A stretch of DNA of 64,000 nucleotides from an uncultured Gammaproteobacteria bacterium (GCA_964396715.1 CAYNFQ010000003.1:565-64564), one strand, 5' to 3'. Shown: positions 17,771-27,941, counted from the stretch's first letter. Numbers and translations are program-made. Notes: generated from the letters alone by a model not told the origin.

Positions 17771-18739
17771 TTATACTCTTACTTTGGCACGATTAGAGAG
17801 ACGTCTTGCTAGTGCATCTTTGACTTTTGCTGCAGCCCAGGGTGGGATATCTTGACCAGTTGCAGTTGCAAAACGTAAAGCTCCTATTAGGGTTGGTCTG
17901 CCTCCAAGACTTATAACCTCACTTATTGCATATCCTCCTTTTATAGCTTCCTGAGGACCCATGTTTTTTGGTATGTATGTTAGAGCTCTTAAAGGATTAT
18001 CGTCATGAGTATCCGGATTAATAAGGGCTGTTGCATGTATTCTTCCAGCAAGATCCCTATCATATATCTTTCTTGTCCCGGAAAAGAAACCACCTAATCT
18101 ACGTCCCCAAGTAGTATCATATTCAATACCGTCCAAACCTTCCCCGTCTGATTCTTCTAATTCAAGGATGGCTCTTGACGACAAAGAAAAAAATCTTGCA
18201 CCAGGATGAGCTCCAATAAAGTAAACCTTTTCACCACCAATATCTCTACCCTCTTTTACTGTATCTATCAGTGATCTGCCTACTTTTACAAGTCTATCTA
18301 AACCAACTATGAGAAGATGGCGTTTCCCCCAGGTACTGGTTTCTGTTGCCGGAATATTATTAATTGGCAAACCAAACTCATCTATTAATCTCTGGGCTAT
18401 AAAATATGCCTCAAGAGTATCATGTCCTGTAATAGCCAAATGCTCAACACCTGCAGCTACCGTTTTTATCACCAACCATCTGGGGTCATCCTGACCATCG
18501 TCTCCTCTCACCTTTGTGTGCTGATGCATACTAAGTTTCACCTCGCCAAGATGAGCGGCATCGTAAAATGCTAATCCAGCAATAACACTAGCAGGGAGAA
18601 TAATATCACGGGCAACATTAATTAATTGACCAGGATTAAGCTCAGGAACATCACGCAATATTTCTAAAAATTTATTACGGACAGGTGGTGGAACTACACC
18701 CCGAATTTCTTCAAGAAAATGTTCAGTTAGTCTGGGCAT
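17771..18739 (-). CDS. PHP-domain metal-dependent phosphoesterase-like protein
   Basis: HQHT, AITGHDT, E...HLL, AHP and DTH motifs. Confidence 0.7.
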   Translation of the reverse strand: MPRLTEHFLEEIRGVVPPPVRNKFLEILRDVPELNPGQLINVARDIILPASVIAGLAFYDAAHLGEVKLSMHQHTKVRGDDGQDDPRWLVIKTVAAGVEHLAITGHDTLEAYFIAQRLIDEFGLPINNIPATETSTWGKRHLLIVGLDRLVKVGRSLIDTVKEGRDIGGEKVYFIGAHPGARFFSLSSRAILELEESDGEGLDGIEYDTTWGRRLGGFFSGTRKIYDRDLAGRIHATALINPDTHDDNPLRALTYIPKNMGPQEAIKGGYAISEVISLGGRPTLIGALRFATATGQDIPPWAAAKVKDALARRLSNRAKVRV

Positions 18740-18836
18740 TTTTTATATTATAACTATCGTCATAATGCATAAAATTATACATTATTAGGAGATAAATATC
18801 AAACTATAGGATTACTTTTAGATATAAAGTCAAAAT

Positions 18837-19949
18837 TTAAACCACTTTCTCCCAGGGGAATTCTTCACGGCCAAAATGACCATAGCTGGCAGTTGGTAAA
18901 TAGATTGGCCTTTGTAAATCCAAACCTTGTAAAATTCCTGAAACTGAAGTATCCAAAATTTTATCCATAAAGGAAAGCAATACTTTGTGAGATTTTTTGG
19001 CAGTGCCAAAAGTTTCCACATCTTCCATAGTGGGTTTTTTAGCCCCAATAAAATATGCCAGTCTCACTTCTGCTTTTTCAGCTAGCCCATTTGCCACAAT
19101 ATTTTTGGCTAAAAATCTGGCTGCATATGCCCCGCCTCTATCTACTTTTGAGGGCTCTTTACCGGAAAAACATCCTCCGCCAACTCTGGCATAACCGCCA
19201 TATGTATCCACCACAATTTTTCTGCCGGTTAATCCGCAATCAGAGGCCGGTCCGCCATTGTGCCAGATTCCTGTACCATTAACAATTAAATCATTCTTTT
19301 TTATTTTAAACCCAAACATCTCCAATACCGGTATAACTATAAAATTATAAACATCATCTTTTACCTCATCTAAATTTACGGATTCTTTATGAGGTACAGC
19401 TATGACAACTTGAGTTACTCTGATAGGTTTTCCGTCATTGTATTCTATAGTTACTTGAGATTTTCCATCCGGCCTTAAATACTTAATAATATTCTCTTCT
19501 CTAACAGTATCCATTCTTTTGGTCAAAGAGTGTGCCATCATAATAGGCAGCGGCATTAAAGAGTTTGTCTCCTTACAAGCAAAACCAAACATCATCCCCT
19601 GATCTCCTGCCCCTTTTTTCTTAACCCCCACGGCAATTTCCGGGGATTGTTCATGAACAAATACTTCAATTGGAGACTGATCTGAAAAATTAAATTTAGG
19701 ATCTGTATAGCCTAATCTTTTTATTTGCTCTCTGGCAATTTTTTTAAAATCTATTTTGGCTTTTGCTCCAATTTCCCCGGCAATAATTAATCTGTCATTT
19801 CCTGCCAGACATTCAATGGCAGTCCTGCCCTGTGGGTCTTGAGCTAAAACTGCATCCAAAATGGCATCGGAAATCTGGTCGCAAATTTTGTCCGGATGAC
19901 CGCTACAGACTGATTCAGAAGTAAAAGTTGTAATGCCGTTTTTTGCCAT
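18837..19949 (-). CDS. metK: S-adenosylmethionine synthetase
   Basis: FTSESV..GHPDKICDQISD, GAGDQG, GLTGRKI.VDTYGG. Confidence 0.98.
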   Translation of the reverse strand: MAKNGITTFTSESVCSGHPDKICDQISDAILDAVLAQDPQGRTAIECLAGNDRLIIAGEIGAKAKIDFKKIAREQIKRLGYTDPKFNFSDQSPIEVFVHEQSPEIAVGVKKKGAGDQGMMFGFACKETNSLMPLPIMMAHSLTKRMDTVREENIIKYLRPDGKSQVTIEYNDGKPIRVTQVVIAVPHKESVNLDEVKDDVYNFIVIPVLEMFGFKIKKNDLIVNGTGIWHNGGPASDCGLTGRKIVVDTYGGYARVGGGCFSGKEPSKVDRGGAYAARFLAKNIVANGLAEKAEVRLAYFIGAKKPTMEDVETFGTAKKSHKVLLSFMDKILDTSVSGILQGLDLQRPIYLPTASYGHFGREEFPWEKVV

Positions 19950-20038
19950 AAGTTTTCCCTTTCGGGCACATCATTTTGGCACCGTTAACTTATCGGTTGT
20001 CGCTACGTTCATGTAAACTGAACGTAGACTCTTGATGC
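19948..20038 (-). ncRNA. SAM-I/IV variant riboswitch
   Basis: Minus strand: GCATCAAGAG..P2..GACAACC..P3..GGTGCCAAAATGATG, CCCGAAAGGG hairpin; the P3 loop ATAAGTT can pair with AACTTAT, which overlaps the metK AUG. Confidence 0.85.
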
Positions 20039-20089
20039 AATATTATTTAACCATACATCAGCTATTTTGGCAAGTGACGAATATAGTGA

Positions 20090-20124
20090 GTCATCCTGAG
20101 CGACCAAAGGGAGTCGAAGGATCT
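20090..20124. repeat. REP-like element GTCATCCTGAGCGACCAAAGGGAGTCGAAGGATCT
   Basis: GTCATCCTGA...AGGATCT frame shared with 46663-46688; abuts the PMM stop. Confidence 0.65.
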
Positions 20125-21523
20125 ATTTCTCAAAAACCGCATGTTTTTTAATCAGACCAATCATTTTATTTTTAGTCCCTTCAATATCTCCACCTAACTC
20201 AACTTCTACATTAAGTCTTAGAAGAGGTTCTGTATTGGAAGAGCGAAGTGATAATCTCCAGTCAGCAAAAGAAATTGATACCCCGTCTAATTCTGACACT
20301 TCACCCTCCGGGAATTCTTTCTTTATTGCCTCCATCACTTCTTTGGCATTTTTTACTTCAAAATTATACTCCCCTGATTCATGAGACCTTCTTAAACTAT
20401 CAACAATTTCTGAAAGTTTTTTACCCTCTTCTGTCATTACCTTAAGAATAATTAAAATCATGGGAATTTGAGATTCTGCATTACCTGTTTCCTTAAAAAA
20501 ATAATGTGATGAAGACTCTCCTGCAAAAACTCCGCCTGTCTCATGCAGTTTTTCTGTAATAAATGAATGGCCTACCTTTGTGATAACAAAAGTTCCACCC
20601 AACTCCTCAACAATTTTTTTAGGAGTCATTATATATCTGATATCCCCTAAAACCGTTGCTCCTTTGTGTTTTTTTAAAACCTCTCTGGCTACAATTGCAG
20701 TAATAATAGACGGAGGAACAATTTCTCCTTTTTCATCAATAAAAAATAACCTGTCCCCATCCCCATCAGGAGCCAGTCCTAAATCAGCACCCTCTTTAAC
20801 TACTCTTTTTTGCAAATCAACTAAAGTTTCTTTTTGCAAAGGATCTGCCTGATGTGCAGGAAAAGTTCCATCCAGTTCAAAATTCATCTTTATTAATTCA
20901 CCGGGGATATGTTTAAATAACTCCTCAATATATAAAGCCCCCAAAGCATTAGCAGCATCAGCCACAACTTTATAGGAATTTAAGATTGGGTTTCCGGCAA
21001 TCCTTAAAGCATTTTCTACTTCCTCCACAACTACTCCCATCTTTTTGGTAATAGATCCACCATCTACTTTTGGTAGATCTATTCCTTCAATTGCCATTTT
21101 CTTAATATCATCCATGCCAGTAGATTTACCAATCTTGACTAAACCTGTAGGAGATTTTCTAACTATTTTTATGCCGTTATATTCTTTGGGATTATGGGAA
21201 GCAGTAATCTGTACACCTCCATCTAACCCCCCTTTAAAAACTGCATAATAAAAGGTGGGGGTAGAAACAATTCCTAAATCTATTACTTTAGCACCTAACT
21301 TAATTAATGTTTTAGTAACATTTTCAAATAGGGCAGGGGAGGATAGTCTCATATCACGCCCCACAGCTACAGTTAAAGGACCCACAGAATTTAATTGATC
21401 TAGTATTAGTTTATAAATTGCTCTGGTGATAGGAATAGCAAATTCTTCATTTATTTCTTCAGGGTATACGCCTCTAATATCATAGCTTTTAAAAATCTTC
21501 TCCGGAGGAATTTGCTTATCCAT
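20123..21523 (-). CDS. Phosphomannomutase/phosphoglucomutase
   Basis: YDIRG, ITASHNP, DGDGDR, GESSSH and R.SNTEP motifs. Confidence 0.95.
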   Translation of the reverse strand: MDKQIPPEKIFKSYDIRGVYPEEINEEFAIPITRAIYKLILDQLNSVGPLTVAVGRDMRLSSPALFENVTKTLIKLGAKVIDLGIVSTPTFYYAVFKGGLDGGVQITASHNPKEYNGIKIVRKSPTGLVKIGKSTGMDDIKKMAIEGIDLPKVDGGSITKKMGVVVEEVENALRIAGNPILNSYKVVADAANALGALYIEELFKHIPGELIKMNFELDGTFPAHQADPLQKETLVDLQKRVVKEGADLGLAPDGDGDRLFFIDEKGEIVPPSIITAIVAREVLKKHKGATVLGDIRYIMTPKKIVEELGGTFVITKVGHSFITEKLHETGGVFAGESSSHYFFKETGNAESQIPMILIILKVMTEEGKKLSEIVDSLRRSHESGEYNFEVKNAKEVMEAIKKEFPEGEVSELDGVSISFADWRLSLRSSNTEPLLRLNVEVELGGDIEGTKNKMIGLIKKHAVFEK

Positions 21524-21586
21524 TTAGTATCTAAATATTTTACCAGACTCGTGCAAGAAATACACCCAAGAGTGTATAATCAAATT

Positions 21587-22018
21587 ATGTTTGACTGGAA
21601 GATTTTGGCAATTGCTACTCCTTTGCTTTTTGTCATTTACCAAACACTTTCCAAGTTTTTGCCAAAAGATGTTTCTGTGTTTTTAGTTAATGCTTATGCT
21701 TCATTTATTGGATTTTTGATAATGTTAGCTTTTCATCTTTTAACTTCATCTGATAAATCATTAATATTGGGAGCAAAATATCTGCCAATTGCTTTTGGAA
21801 TTGGAGCATTAATAGGGGTTGGAAATTATGGAATTATAAAAGCTTATACCTTGGGTGCTCCCCAATCTTTATTTACCATAATTTTTTATATAACTTTAAT
21901 TATTTATGGCATACTTTTTGGGGTTTTAATTTGGCATGAGAAATTAAATATGTTCCAGATAGTTGGTATGATTATGGCAATTGCCGGAATATTTATAACA
22001 GTATATTTTAAAAAATAA
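21587..22018 (+). CDS. EamA/DMT family small transporter
   Basis: Five TM segments, G..IWHEKL...QIVG; ATG at 21587 after TATAAT. Confidence 0.8.
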   Translation: MFDWKILAIATPLLFVIYQTLSKFLPKDVSVFLVNAYASFIGFLIMLAFHLLTSSDKSLILGAKYLPIAFGIGALIGVGNYGIIKAYTLGAPQSLFTIIFYITLIIYGILFGVLIWHEKLNMFQIVGMIMAIAGIFITVYFKK

Positions 22019-22130
22019 TTCTGTACCAATTATTCGAATAATCGAACAAGATAATCTGCTCTAATGATTCGTATCATTTTAATGTATAACCCCTAGAAGA
22101 CAAAAATAAGAAAAATGATATAAAATATAG

Positions 22131-22940
22131 GTGATGAAGCAACCGATAATCACACTATCTTCTGACTTTGGAATTCAAAGTCAGGGAATTGGAAATATGG
22201 AAGGAGTAATTGCTCAAATTGCCCCTAATACTCGGGTTATTCATTTAATGCATGGAATACCCAATTTTGATATAAGAACTGCTGCCAGGACAATGGAGGT
22301 TGTAAATTTTATGCCAGTTGGTTTTCATGTTTGTATAGTTGATCCGGGTGTAGGTACAAAAAGAAGAGCAATTATAATTCAGGTTGAAAGAGGAGATTAC
22401 TTAATTGGGCCTGACAATGGAGTTCTTATTTCTGCAGTTAACATCTTAGGTGGAGCTAAAAAAATAGTAGAGATTACAAATCCCAAATATATGATAAAAC
22501 CAGTTTCACCAATTTTTCATGGTAGACATATTTTTGCTCCAGCTGCAGCATATCTGTCAAATGGTGTTCCAATAGAAGAATTTGGCCCTAGGCTAGAGTT
22601 TGATCAATTAGTTTCAGCTCCCTATTCAGAAGCTACTATTAAAGATGACATCATAAATTCTGAGGTTATAAACATTAATAAATTTGGCTCCCTCAATCTT
22701 AATATACTTCATTCAACCTGGGATAAATTAAATCTTTCCTCTCATCAGATTGTCCAGGTTACCTTTAAAGGTAAAACCATAAGTCTTCCTTTTGTAGAAA
22801 CTTTTGGGGCTGTTGAAGAAGGGAAACCTGTAATCCTTAAAGATGATTATGGAAGAGTGGAAATAGCCATTAATTTAGGAGATTTTGCAAAGAAATATAA
22901 TATCCGAGTTGGAGATTTTTTTGTAATCAAGAAACTTTAG
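22131..22940 (+). CDS. SAM-dependent chlorinase/fluorinase/SAM hydroxide adenosyltransferase family (DUF62)
   Basis: ITL.SDFG, VDPGVGTKRR, GPDNG, FHGRHIFAP and EIAINLG motifs. Confidence 0.92.
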   Translation: MMKQPIITLSSDFGIQSQGIGNMEGVIAQIAPNTRVIHLMHGIPNFDIRTAARTMEVVNFMPVGFHVCIVDPGVGTKRRAIIIQVERGDYLIGPDNGVLISAVNILGGAKKIVEITNPKYMIKPVSPIFHGRHIFAPAAAYLSNGVPIEEFGPRLEFDQLVSAPYSEATIKDDIINSEVININKFGSLNLNILHSTWDKLNLSSHQIVQVTFKGKTISLPFVETFGAVEEGKPVILKDDYGRVEIAINLGDFAKKYNIRVGDFFVIKKL

Positions 22941-23242
22941 CGTTTTGGAGACTGTTTTTTAGCTCTTTTCTTAGCATAAACTTTAGTATGGTGTCCAATA
23001 TCTAGGAATCGGACTGTGGTTTTACTAGTCCATTTATAAATTATTCTTATACCGTTTGTGATACTAAATGCCCATTTTCCCGTCATTGGTTTTGTTAGTG
23101 GGTGACTATCTAAACGCGTGTCCTCTGGGTTTTTCTTAAACCAGATAATCCTTTTCTCAATTTCTTTATCTAAATCTGGATTCTCAAATACTGTGTTTTC
23201 TAAGGCTTTATCATAATTCCCAGTTTGCTTAACTTTTACCAT
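22937..23242 (-). CDS. RelE/YafQ-like mRNA interferase toxin with an S9-derived tail
   Basis: F..NP...L..HPL...M.G.WAFSI...RIIY....DIG.H..VY. Confidence 0.8.
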   Translation of the reverse strand: MVKVKQTGNYDKALENTVFENPDLDKEIEKRIIWFKKNPEDTRLDSHPLTKPMTGKWAFSITNGIRIIYKWTSKTTVRFLDIGHHTKVYAKKRAKKQSPKR

Positions 23243-23528
23243 GCCTTCTTTTTTCTACTCTTTTACGCAAATCACGGAAATAATTATGAACATCTTCTTC
23301 TGTTTCTAAAACAATATCGTTTTCTTCAGGTTCCTTCTCAGCCTGCAAAACTCTGTTCTCAAACCATCTTGGGAATCCATTTTCAGTAATTTCTTCTTCT
23401 TGATAAACAATTTTTCTTAGAGCATCCCGCACAAGCTCGGAAATAGAAGCATATCTTCGTTCTACCACCATTTTTTTGGCATCTTTGTACATTTCTTTTG
23501 GTAATGAAATGTTAACCGTAGTTGTCAT
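23229..23528 (-). CDS. Ribbon-helix-helix antitoxin
   Basis: TVNISLP...Y.SISELVRDALR; overlaps the toxin gene. Confidence 0.85.
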   Translation of the reverse strand: MTTTVNISLPKEMYKDAKKMVVERRYASISELVRDALRKIVYQEEEITENGFPRWFENRVLQAEKEPEENDIVLETEEDVHNYFRDLRKRVEKRRHGKS

Positions 23529-23586
23529 AGAGAATGATTATATTGTATGATATTCATACAAACTTTGTCAATTAACAGCATTGAAA

Positions 23587-24000
23587 TTAACGTTTTGGGG
23601 ACTGCTTTTTTGCCCTTGCTTTTCCGGCATGACCGTATTTTCTTCTTTCTTTAACCCTGGCATCACGCGTTAAAAGTCCCTCTTTTTTCAAAACTGTCCG
23701 CAAAGTTGGTTCTACTTTAGCAAGAGCCCTGGAAACTCCATGTATAACTGCCTCCAGTTGTGAAACCCTTCCTCCTCCTGTAACTTTTGCAGAAATTGTA
23801 TATTTACCAACTGTCTTTGTAATCTCCAAAGGTTTTTGATAAATCTTTTGAAAAATTGCTCCGGCAAAATACTGGGCAATTGGTTTTCCATTAACAGTAA
23901 TTTGTCCCTGGCCCGGAGAAATTCTCACCCTGGCCACTGCTTCTTTTCTTCTCCCTACAGTATTTACACCAATTCCTTTTTTTACAGCCTTTGGTTCCAT
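23587..24000 (-). CDS. rpsI: 30S ribosomal protein S9
   Basis: GRRKEAVARV, LLTRDARVKERRKYG. Confidence 0.98.
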   Translation of the reverse strand: MEPKAVKKGIGVNTVGRRKEAVARVRISPGQGQITVNGKPIAQYFAGAIFQKIYQKPLEITKTVGKYTISAKVTGGGRVSQLEAVIHGVSRALAKVEPTLRTVLKKEGLLTRDARVKERRKYGHAGKARAKKQSPKR

Positions 24001-24001
24001 A

Positions 24002-24394
24002 TTATATTTTTTCTCCTGCATATACTTTTAATTTCTTTATCATTTTTTTACCTAATTTATTACCCGGCAACATTCCTGCTACTGCATGCTCTATGACATA
24101 TTCAGGGCGTCTTTCAATCATTTTCTCAAAAGTCTCCACTCTTAAGCCTCCGGGATAACCTGAATGTCTGGTGTACTTTTTCTCTTGCATTTTTTTACCG
24201 GATAATTTAATTTTGGCAGCATTGATGACCACCACATAATCTCCCATATCTAAATATGGAACATACGCTGGTTTATTTTTGCCCATCAAAATCTTTGCCA
24301 CCTCTGTTGCCAGTCTGCCCAAAATTTTACCAGATGCATCAATATTATGCGTTTGTCTTTGAATATTCTTTCCTGAAACTACATTGGTACTCAT
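24002..24394 (-). CDS. rplM: 50S ribosomal protein L13
   Basis: LGRLATEVA..LMGKNKP, HSGYPGGL. Confidence 0.98.
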   Translation of the reverse strand: MSTNVVSGKNIQRQTHNIDASGKILGRLATEVAKILMGKNKPAYVPYLDMGDYVVVINAAKIKLSGKKMQEKKYTRHSGYPGGLRVETFEKMIERRPEYVIEHAVAGMLPGNKLGKKMIKKLKVYAGEKI

Positions 24395-24918
24395 TTAGAT
24401 GTTTTCCTTATTGTTGTTTTCTTTGCTGTTACTTTTTTAACTGTAGCGACTTTTCTGACAACCGGCTTTTTAATCTTGTCTGTTTTCTTACTTATCACTT
24501 GCTCGCCACGCTTCGCTTGCGAAGCGGGTATCTTGTTACTTGTTACTTGTTCTAAAGGTTTTAACTCTTCAGCCCCAATAATACTCATTTTAACTACAGT
24601 TGTACTATCTCCTTCTCTTGCTCCCATTCTTATCATACTGGTATATCCGGAAATTCTATTTCCCAGTTTCGGAGCTATTTCTTTTATTAATCTTTCTTGT
24701 AGTAATTTATTGGAAAAATATGCTTGGAGTAATCTTTGGGAATTTTTACTCTTGGCCAAATTGATAATTTTATCAGCCAACCCTTTTATTGCCTTAGCTT
24801 TAGCCTCTGAAGTAGTTAAGTTTCCATGCAGGAAAAGCTCCTGCACTAAGCTTTTAAAGAGTGCTCGTCTTTCATTTTTATTTCTTCCCAGTTTTTTACC
24901 ATAAACTCTATGCCTCAC
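24391..24918 (-). CDS. rplQ: 50S ribosomal protein L17 with Lys-rich extension
   Basis: MRHR..GKKLGR, TT..KAK, R.GD. Confidence 0.97.
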   Translation of the reverse strand: MRHRVYGKKLGRNKNERRALFKSLVQELFLHGNLTTSEAKAKAIKGLADKIINLAKSKNSQRLLQAYFSNKLLQERLIKEIAPKLGNRISGYTSMIRMGAREGDSTTVVKMSIIGAEELKPLEQVTSNKIPASQAKRGEQVISKKTDKIKKPVVRKVATVKKVTAKKTTIRKTSK

Positions 24919-25813
24919 GCAGAGTCAACCCCCTCTCTGAGAGCTTTTCGGATATCAGACTTAATGATTTGGTACCCAAATTTTTGGCTTTCAAAAGTTG
25001 CGGGCGGGGAATATTAATCAGATCTTCAATGGTATTTAACTCAATTGCCTTTAAGGCATTGGTAATCCGAACCGGCAGATCCAGTTCTTCAATGGTAAGT
25101 TTTAGCAACTCTTCTGAGATTGTCGAAGAAACATTATCTACCTCTTCTTCTTGATCCGGCTCGTAAACTTTTCTGAAAGTCTCGGAAAGGATCTTTGACG
25201 CCTCAAGTAAGGCCTCCATCGGAGTTACCACACCATTGGTGGTGATATCCAAACTCAATTTATCAAAATTCGTGCTTCTGCCAACTCTGGTAGGTTCTAC
25301 TGTATAATTTACCGCCACAACCGGACTAAAAAGCGCATCAACTGAAATTGCCCCAATCTCGGGCAGTTTCCTCTCCTCTGCCATAGAATATCCTTTACCC
25401 CTTAAGGCAATCATCTCCATGTTAAGCTTGGATTTAGCATCTGTTAAAGTTGCAATATGCTGATCTTTGGAGATAATTTCTCCATCCCCTGCTATTTCAA
25501 AATCCGAGGCTGTAATCACCTTTTTGCCCGAAGCTTTTATGGTAAGCTTAATAGGCGTTTCTGAATTAACTCTGAGGTTAATCTTTTTAATATTTAAGAT
25601 AATTTCTATCACGTCTTCCAAAACCCCCTCAATTGTCGAGAATTGGTGTGAAACTCCGTCAATCTTGATAGATGTTACAGCAGAACCTGAAAGGGCAGTC
25701 AAAAGCACCCGCCTTAAGCTATTGCCCATGGTGTGACCAAATCCTTCTTGCAAAGGTTCTATGGCAATTTGGGCAAAATTATCTGATTCTTTATCTGTGG
25801 TAATTTTAAACAT
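24908..25813 (-). CDS. rpoA: RNA polymerase alpha subunit
   Basis: EPL..GFGHTMGNSLRRVLL, DALFSPV, alpha-CTD NLG.KSL. Confidence 0.98.
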   Translation of the reverse strand: MFKITTDKESDNFAQIAIEPLQEGFGHTMGNSLRRVLLTALSGSAVTSIKIDGVSHQFSTIEGVLEDVIEIILNIKKINLRVNSETPIKLTIKASGKKVITASDFEIAGDGEIISKDQHIATLTDAKSKLNMEMIALRGKGYSMAEERKLPEIGAISVDALFSPVVAVNYTVEPTRVGRSTNFDKLSLDITTNGVVTPMEALLEASKILSETFRKVYEPDQEEEVDNVSSTISEELLKLTIEELDLPVRITNALKAIELNTIEDLINIPRPQLLKAKNLGTKSLSLISEKLSERGLTLREA

Positions 25814-25815
25814 AA

Positions 25816-26418
25816 TTATCTTGAATAATATTCCACAATCAACTGCTCATCAATTGATTGTTCCATCTCCTCCCGTTGAGGAATTCTTAAAACCTTGCCT
25901 ACTGTAGCCTGTCTTTCAAGCCACTCCGGCAAGGTCACATTTACCTCTAAACTCTTTTTAACCTGTGCATTATCGCCTAATTTAGGCGATAATGCAATAG
26001 CCTGATCCTTCTTGACTATAAATGAAGGAATAGTCACCTTGCTATTGTCAACCAGGATATGACCGTGTGAGACCATCTGTCTTGCCTCGGCCCTGCTTGT
26101 TGCGAAACCTAACTTATAAACTACATTATCAAGCCTTGTTTCCAAAGTTTGGAGTAAACTTAAACCTGTAGAACCTTTAACTTTGGAGGCCATCTCATAA
26201 TATTTTTTAAATTGTCTCTCTAAAATTCCATACAACCTTTTTGCTTTTTGTTTTTCCCGCAGCTGCACCCCGTATTCTGAAATTCTTCTTCTTACTCTGC
26301 CGGTGTGTTGGCCGGGCGCCACAATCCCCTTTCTTTCCAAGGATTTAACATCTTTGGCAAAAAGAGGCAACCCTTCCCTTCGACTCAGTCTGCGTTTCGG
26401 ACCGGTATATCTACCCAT
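25816..26418 (-). CDS. rpsD: 30S ribosomal protein S4
   Basis: MGRYTGP, QLREKQK, LETRLDNVVY, LIVEYYSR. Confidence 0.98.
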   Translation of the reverse strand: MGRYTGPKRRLSRREGLPLFAKDVKSLERKGIVAPGQHTGRVRRRISEYGVQLREKQKAKRLYGILERQFKKYYEMASKVKGSTGLSLLQTLETRLDNVVYKLGFATSRAEARQMVSHGHILVDNSKVTIPSFIVKKDQAIALSPKLGDNAQVKKSLEVNVTLPEWLERQATVGKVLRIPQREEMEQSIDEQLIVEYYSR

Positions 26419-26478
26419 AGATTGACCTCCTGTCTATGGAATTTCCAATTTGATATTTGATATTTGATATTTGATATT

Positions 26479-26510
26479 TGCCGCCTTTGGCGAGCCTCGT
26501 CTTTGACGGG
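26479..26510. repeat. 32-bp double-hairpin element, identical to 35690-35721
   Basis: TGCCGCCTTTGGCGAGCCTCGTCTTTGACGGG, embedded in a TTTGATA heptamer tract. Confidence 0.92.
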
Positions 26511-26523
26511 AGATTTGACATTA

Positions 26524-26919
26524 CTATACCCTCCTCCTTTTTTTGGGTCTTGGCCCATTGTGGGGAATCGGTGTTACATCAGCAATCATGGTGATGTTTA
26601 TCCCCGCATTCCTTAAAGCCTTGATGGTGGCGTCTCTTCCCGTACCCGGGCCTTTGATATAAACTTCACAAGAGGTCATACCCATGGCCTTGCCTTTTTG
26701 GGCAACAGCCTCCATTGCCGAAATTGCGGCAAAGGGGGTGGCTCTTCTGGCTCCTTTAAAACCGGATGAGCCGGATGAACCCCAGGCTAAAGTATTACCA
26801 GATGCATCTGTTAAAGTTACTAAAGTATTATTAAAAGTTGCAGTCACATAGACCCTGCCGCTAGTTACTTTCTTTTCTGTTTTTTGTTTTTTTATTGATG
26901 TGATTTGTTGCTTAGCCAT
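26524..26919 (-). CDS. rpsK: 30S ribosomal protein S11
   Basis: ATFNNT, DVTPIPHNG.RP.KRRRV. Confidence 0.98.
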   Translation of the reverse strand: MAKQQITSIKKQKTEKKVTSGRVYVTATFNNTLVTLTDASGNTLAWGSSGSSGFKGARRATPFAAISAMEAVAQKGKAMGMTSCEVYIKGPGTGRDATIKALRNAGINITMIADVTPIPHNGPRPKKRRRV

Positions 26920-26935
26920 ATTCTTTTTAGTTCCT

Positions 26936-27388
26936 CTAATTTCTTTTTAGTTCCTCTAATTTCTTTTTAGTTCCTCCTTCTGGAACCTTAGCTGCTACCG
27001 GGCCTCCTGTTTTTGCTACCACTTCTTTTCTGACAGTTCCGACAGTCTTTCTTTTGCCTCTTTTGGTTCTGGAGTTACTTCTGGTTCTCTGGCCCCTGAC
27101 AGGCAAACCCCTACGATGCCTGAAACCTCTGTAACTGCTGATGTCTTCCAGTCTTTTGATATTCTGTTCAATCTCTTGTTTTAAATCTCCTTCAACCTTA
27201 AATTTATCAACCACTTTTTGTAATTTGTTGATTTCTTCTTCAGTTAATTCTTTTATTCTTTTAGCTCCATCCACACCTGCATCCTGTAAAACAGACATCA
27301 CATTGGATCTTCCTATACCAAAAATATAAGTTAGCCCTATGTCTGCTCTCTTGTTCTCGGGAAGATCTACACCAGCTATACGTGCCAT
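26936..27388 (-). CDS. rpsM: 30S ribosomal protein S13
   Basis: [21 protein letters not shown]; true start 27388. Confidence 0.98.
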   Translation of the reverse strand: MARIAGVDLPENKRADIGLTYIFGIGRSNVMSVLQDAGVDGAKRIKELTEEEINKLQKVVDKFKVEGDLKQEIEQNIKRLEDISSYRGFRHRRGLPVRGQRTRSNSRTKRGKRKTVGTVRKEVVAKTGGPVAAKVPEGGTKKKLEELKRN

Positions 27389-27460
27389 TAGTAGTTTCCT
27401 CCGAATTGTAAATTGTAAATTGTAAACCTGTCTGCCGACAGGCAAGATTGTAAATTCATA

Positions 27461-27577
27461 TTATCCCTGCCTTTGCTTGTGTCTTGGGTCACGTGGGCAA
27501 ATGACATATAACATACCCTCTCTCTTGACTATTTTACAAAATTTACATCTGGTTTTAATACTGGCTGCTACTTTCAT
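27461..27577 (-). CDS. rpmJ: 50S ribosomal protein L36
   Basis: Manual translation [38 protein letters not shown] (below the ORF-track cutoff). Confidence 0.97.
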   Translation of the reverse strand: MKVAASIKTRCKFCKIVKREGMLYVICPRDPRHKQRQG

Positions 27578-27647
27578 ATTATTAGTTCTTAGTTCAGAGT
27601 GCTTAGTTCGTAGTAATTTCTATGAACTACCAACTAATAACTCATAA

Positions 27648-27890
27648 CTATTTAAGTCTAAACGTTATCCTTCCTTTATCCAAATCATATTTAGGACTCA
27701 TTTCCACTCTGACCCTGTCTCCTTCCAAAAGCCTGATATAGTGCATTCTCATCTTACCTGAAATGTGGCACAAGATCACCCTACCCAAAAGCTCGGGCAG
27801 ATCATCACACTTTTGTATCTCAACTCTGAATAAAGTATTAGGCAAAACCTCTTTAACTTTACCCTCAACCTCAATCACATCTTTTACCAT
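27648..27890 (-). CDS. infA: Translation initiation factor IF-1
   Basis: IEVEG.V.EVLPN..FRV, HISGKMR..YIR.L.GD.V. Confidence 0.97.
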   Translation of the reverse strand: MVKDVIEVEGKVKEVLPNTLFRVEIQKCDDLPELLGRVILCHISGKMRMHYIRLLEGDRVRVEMSPKYDLDKGRITFRLK

Positions 27891-27941
27891 AAATTTTAAA
27901 GTCAAAGTATTTTATCAGAATCAGCCTCATAATACAACCCA

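Noticed and set aside
26921-26976. 20-bp direct repeats at the rpsM end as a mini-CRISPR
   Set aside because: The units are contiguous with no spacers; it is a simple tandem duplication.
27389-27445. Track N-terminal extensions of rpsM (also rpsS, rpsN, rpsI, map, rpoB)
   Set aside because: They derive from upstream repeats or overlap neighbouring genes; conserved starts lie downstream.
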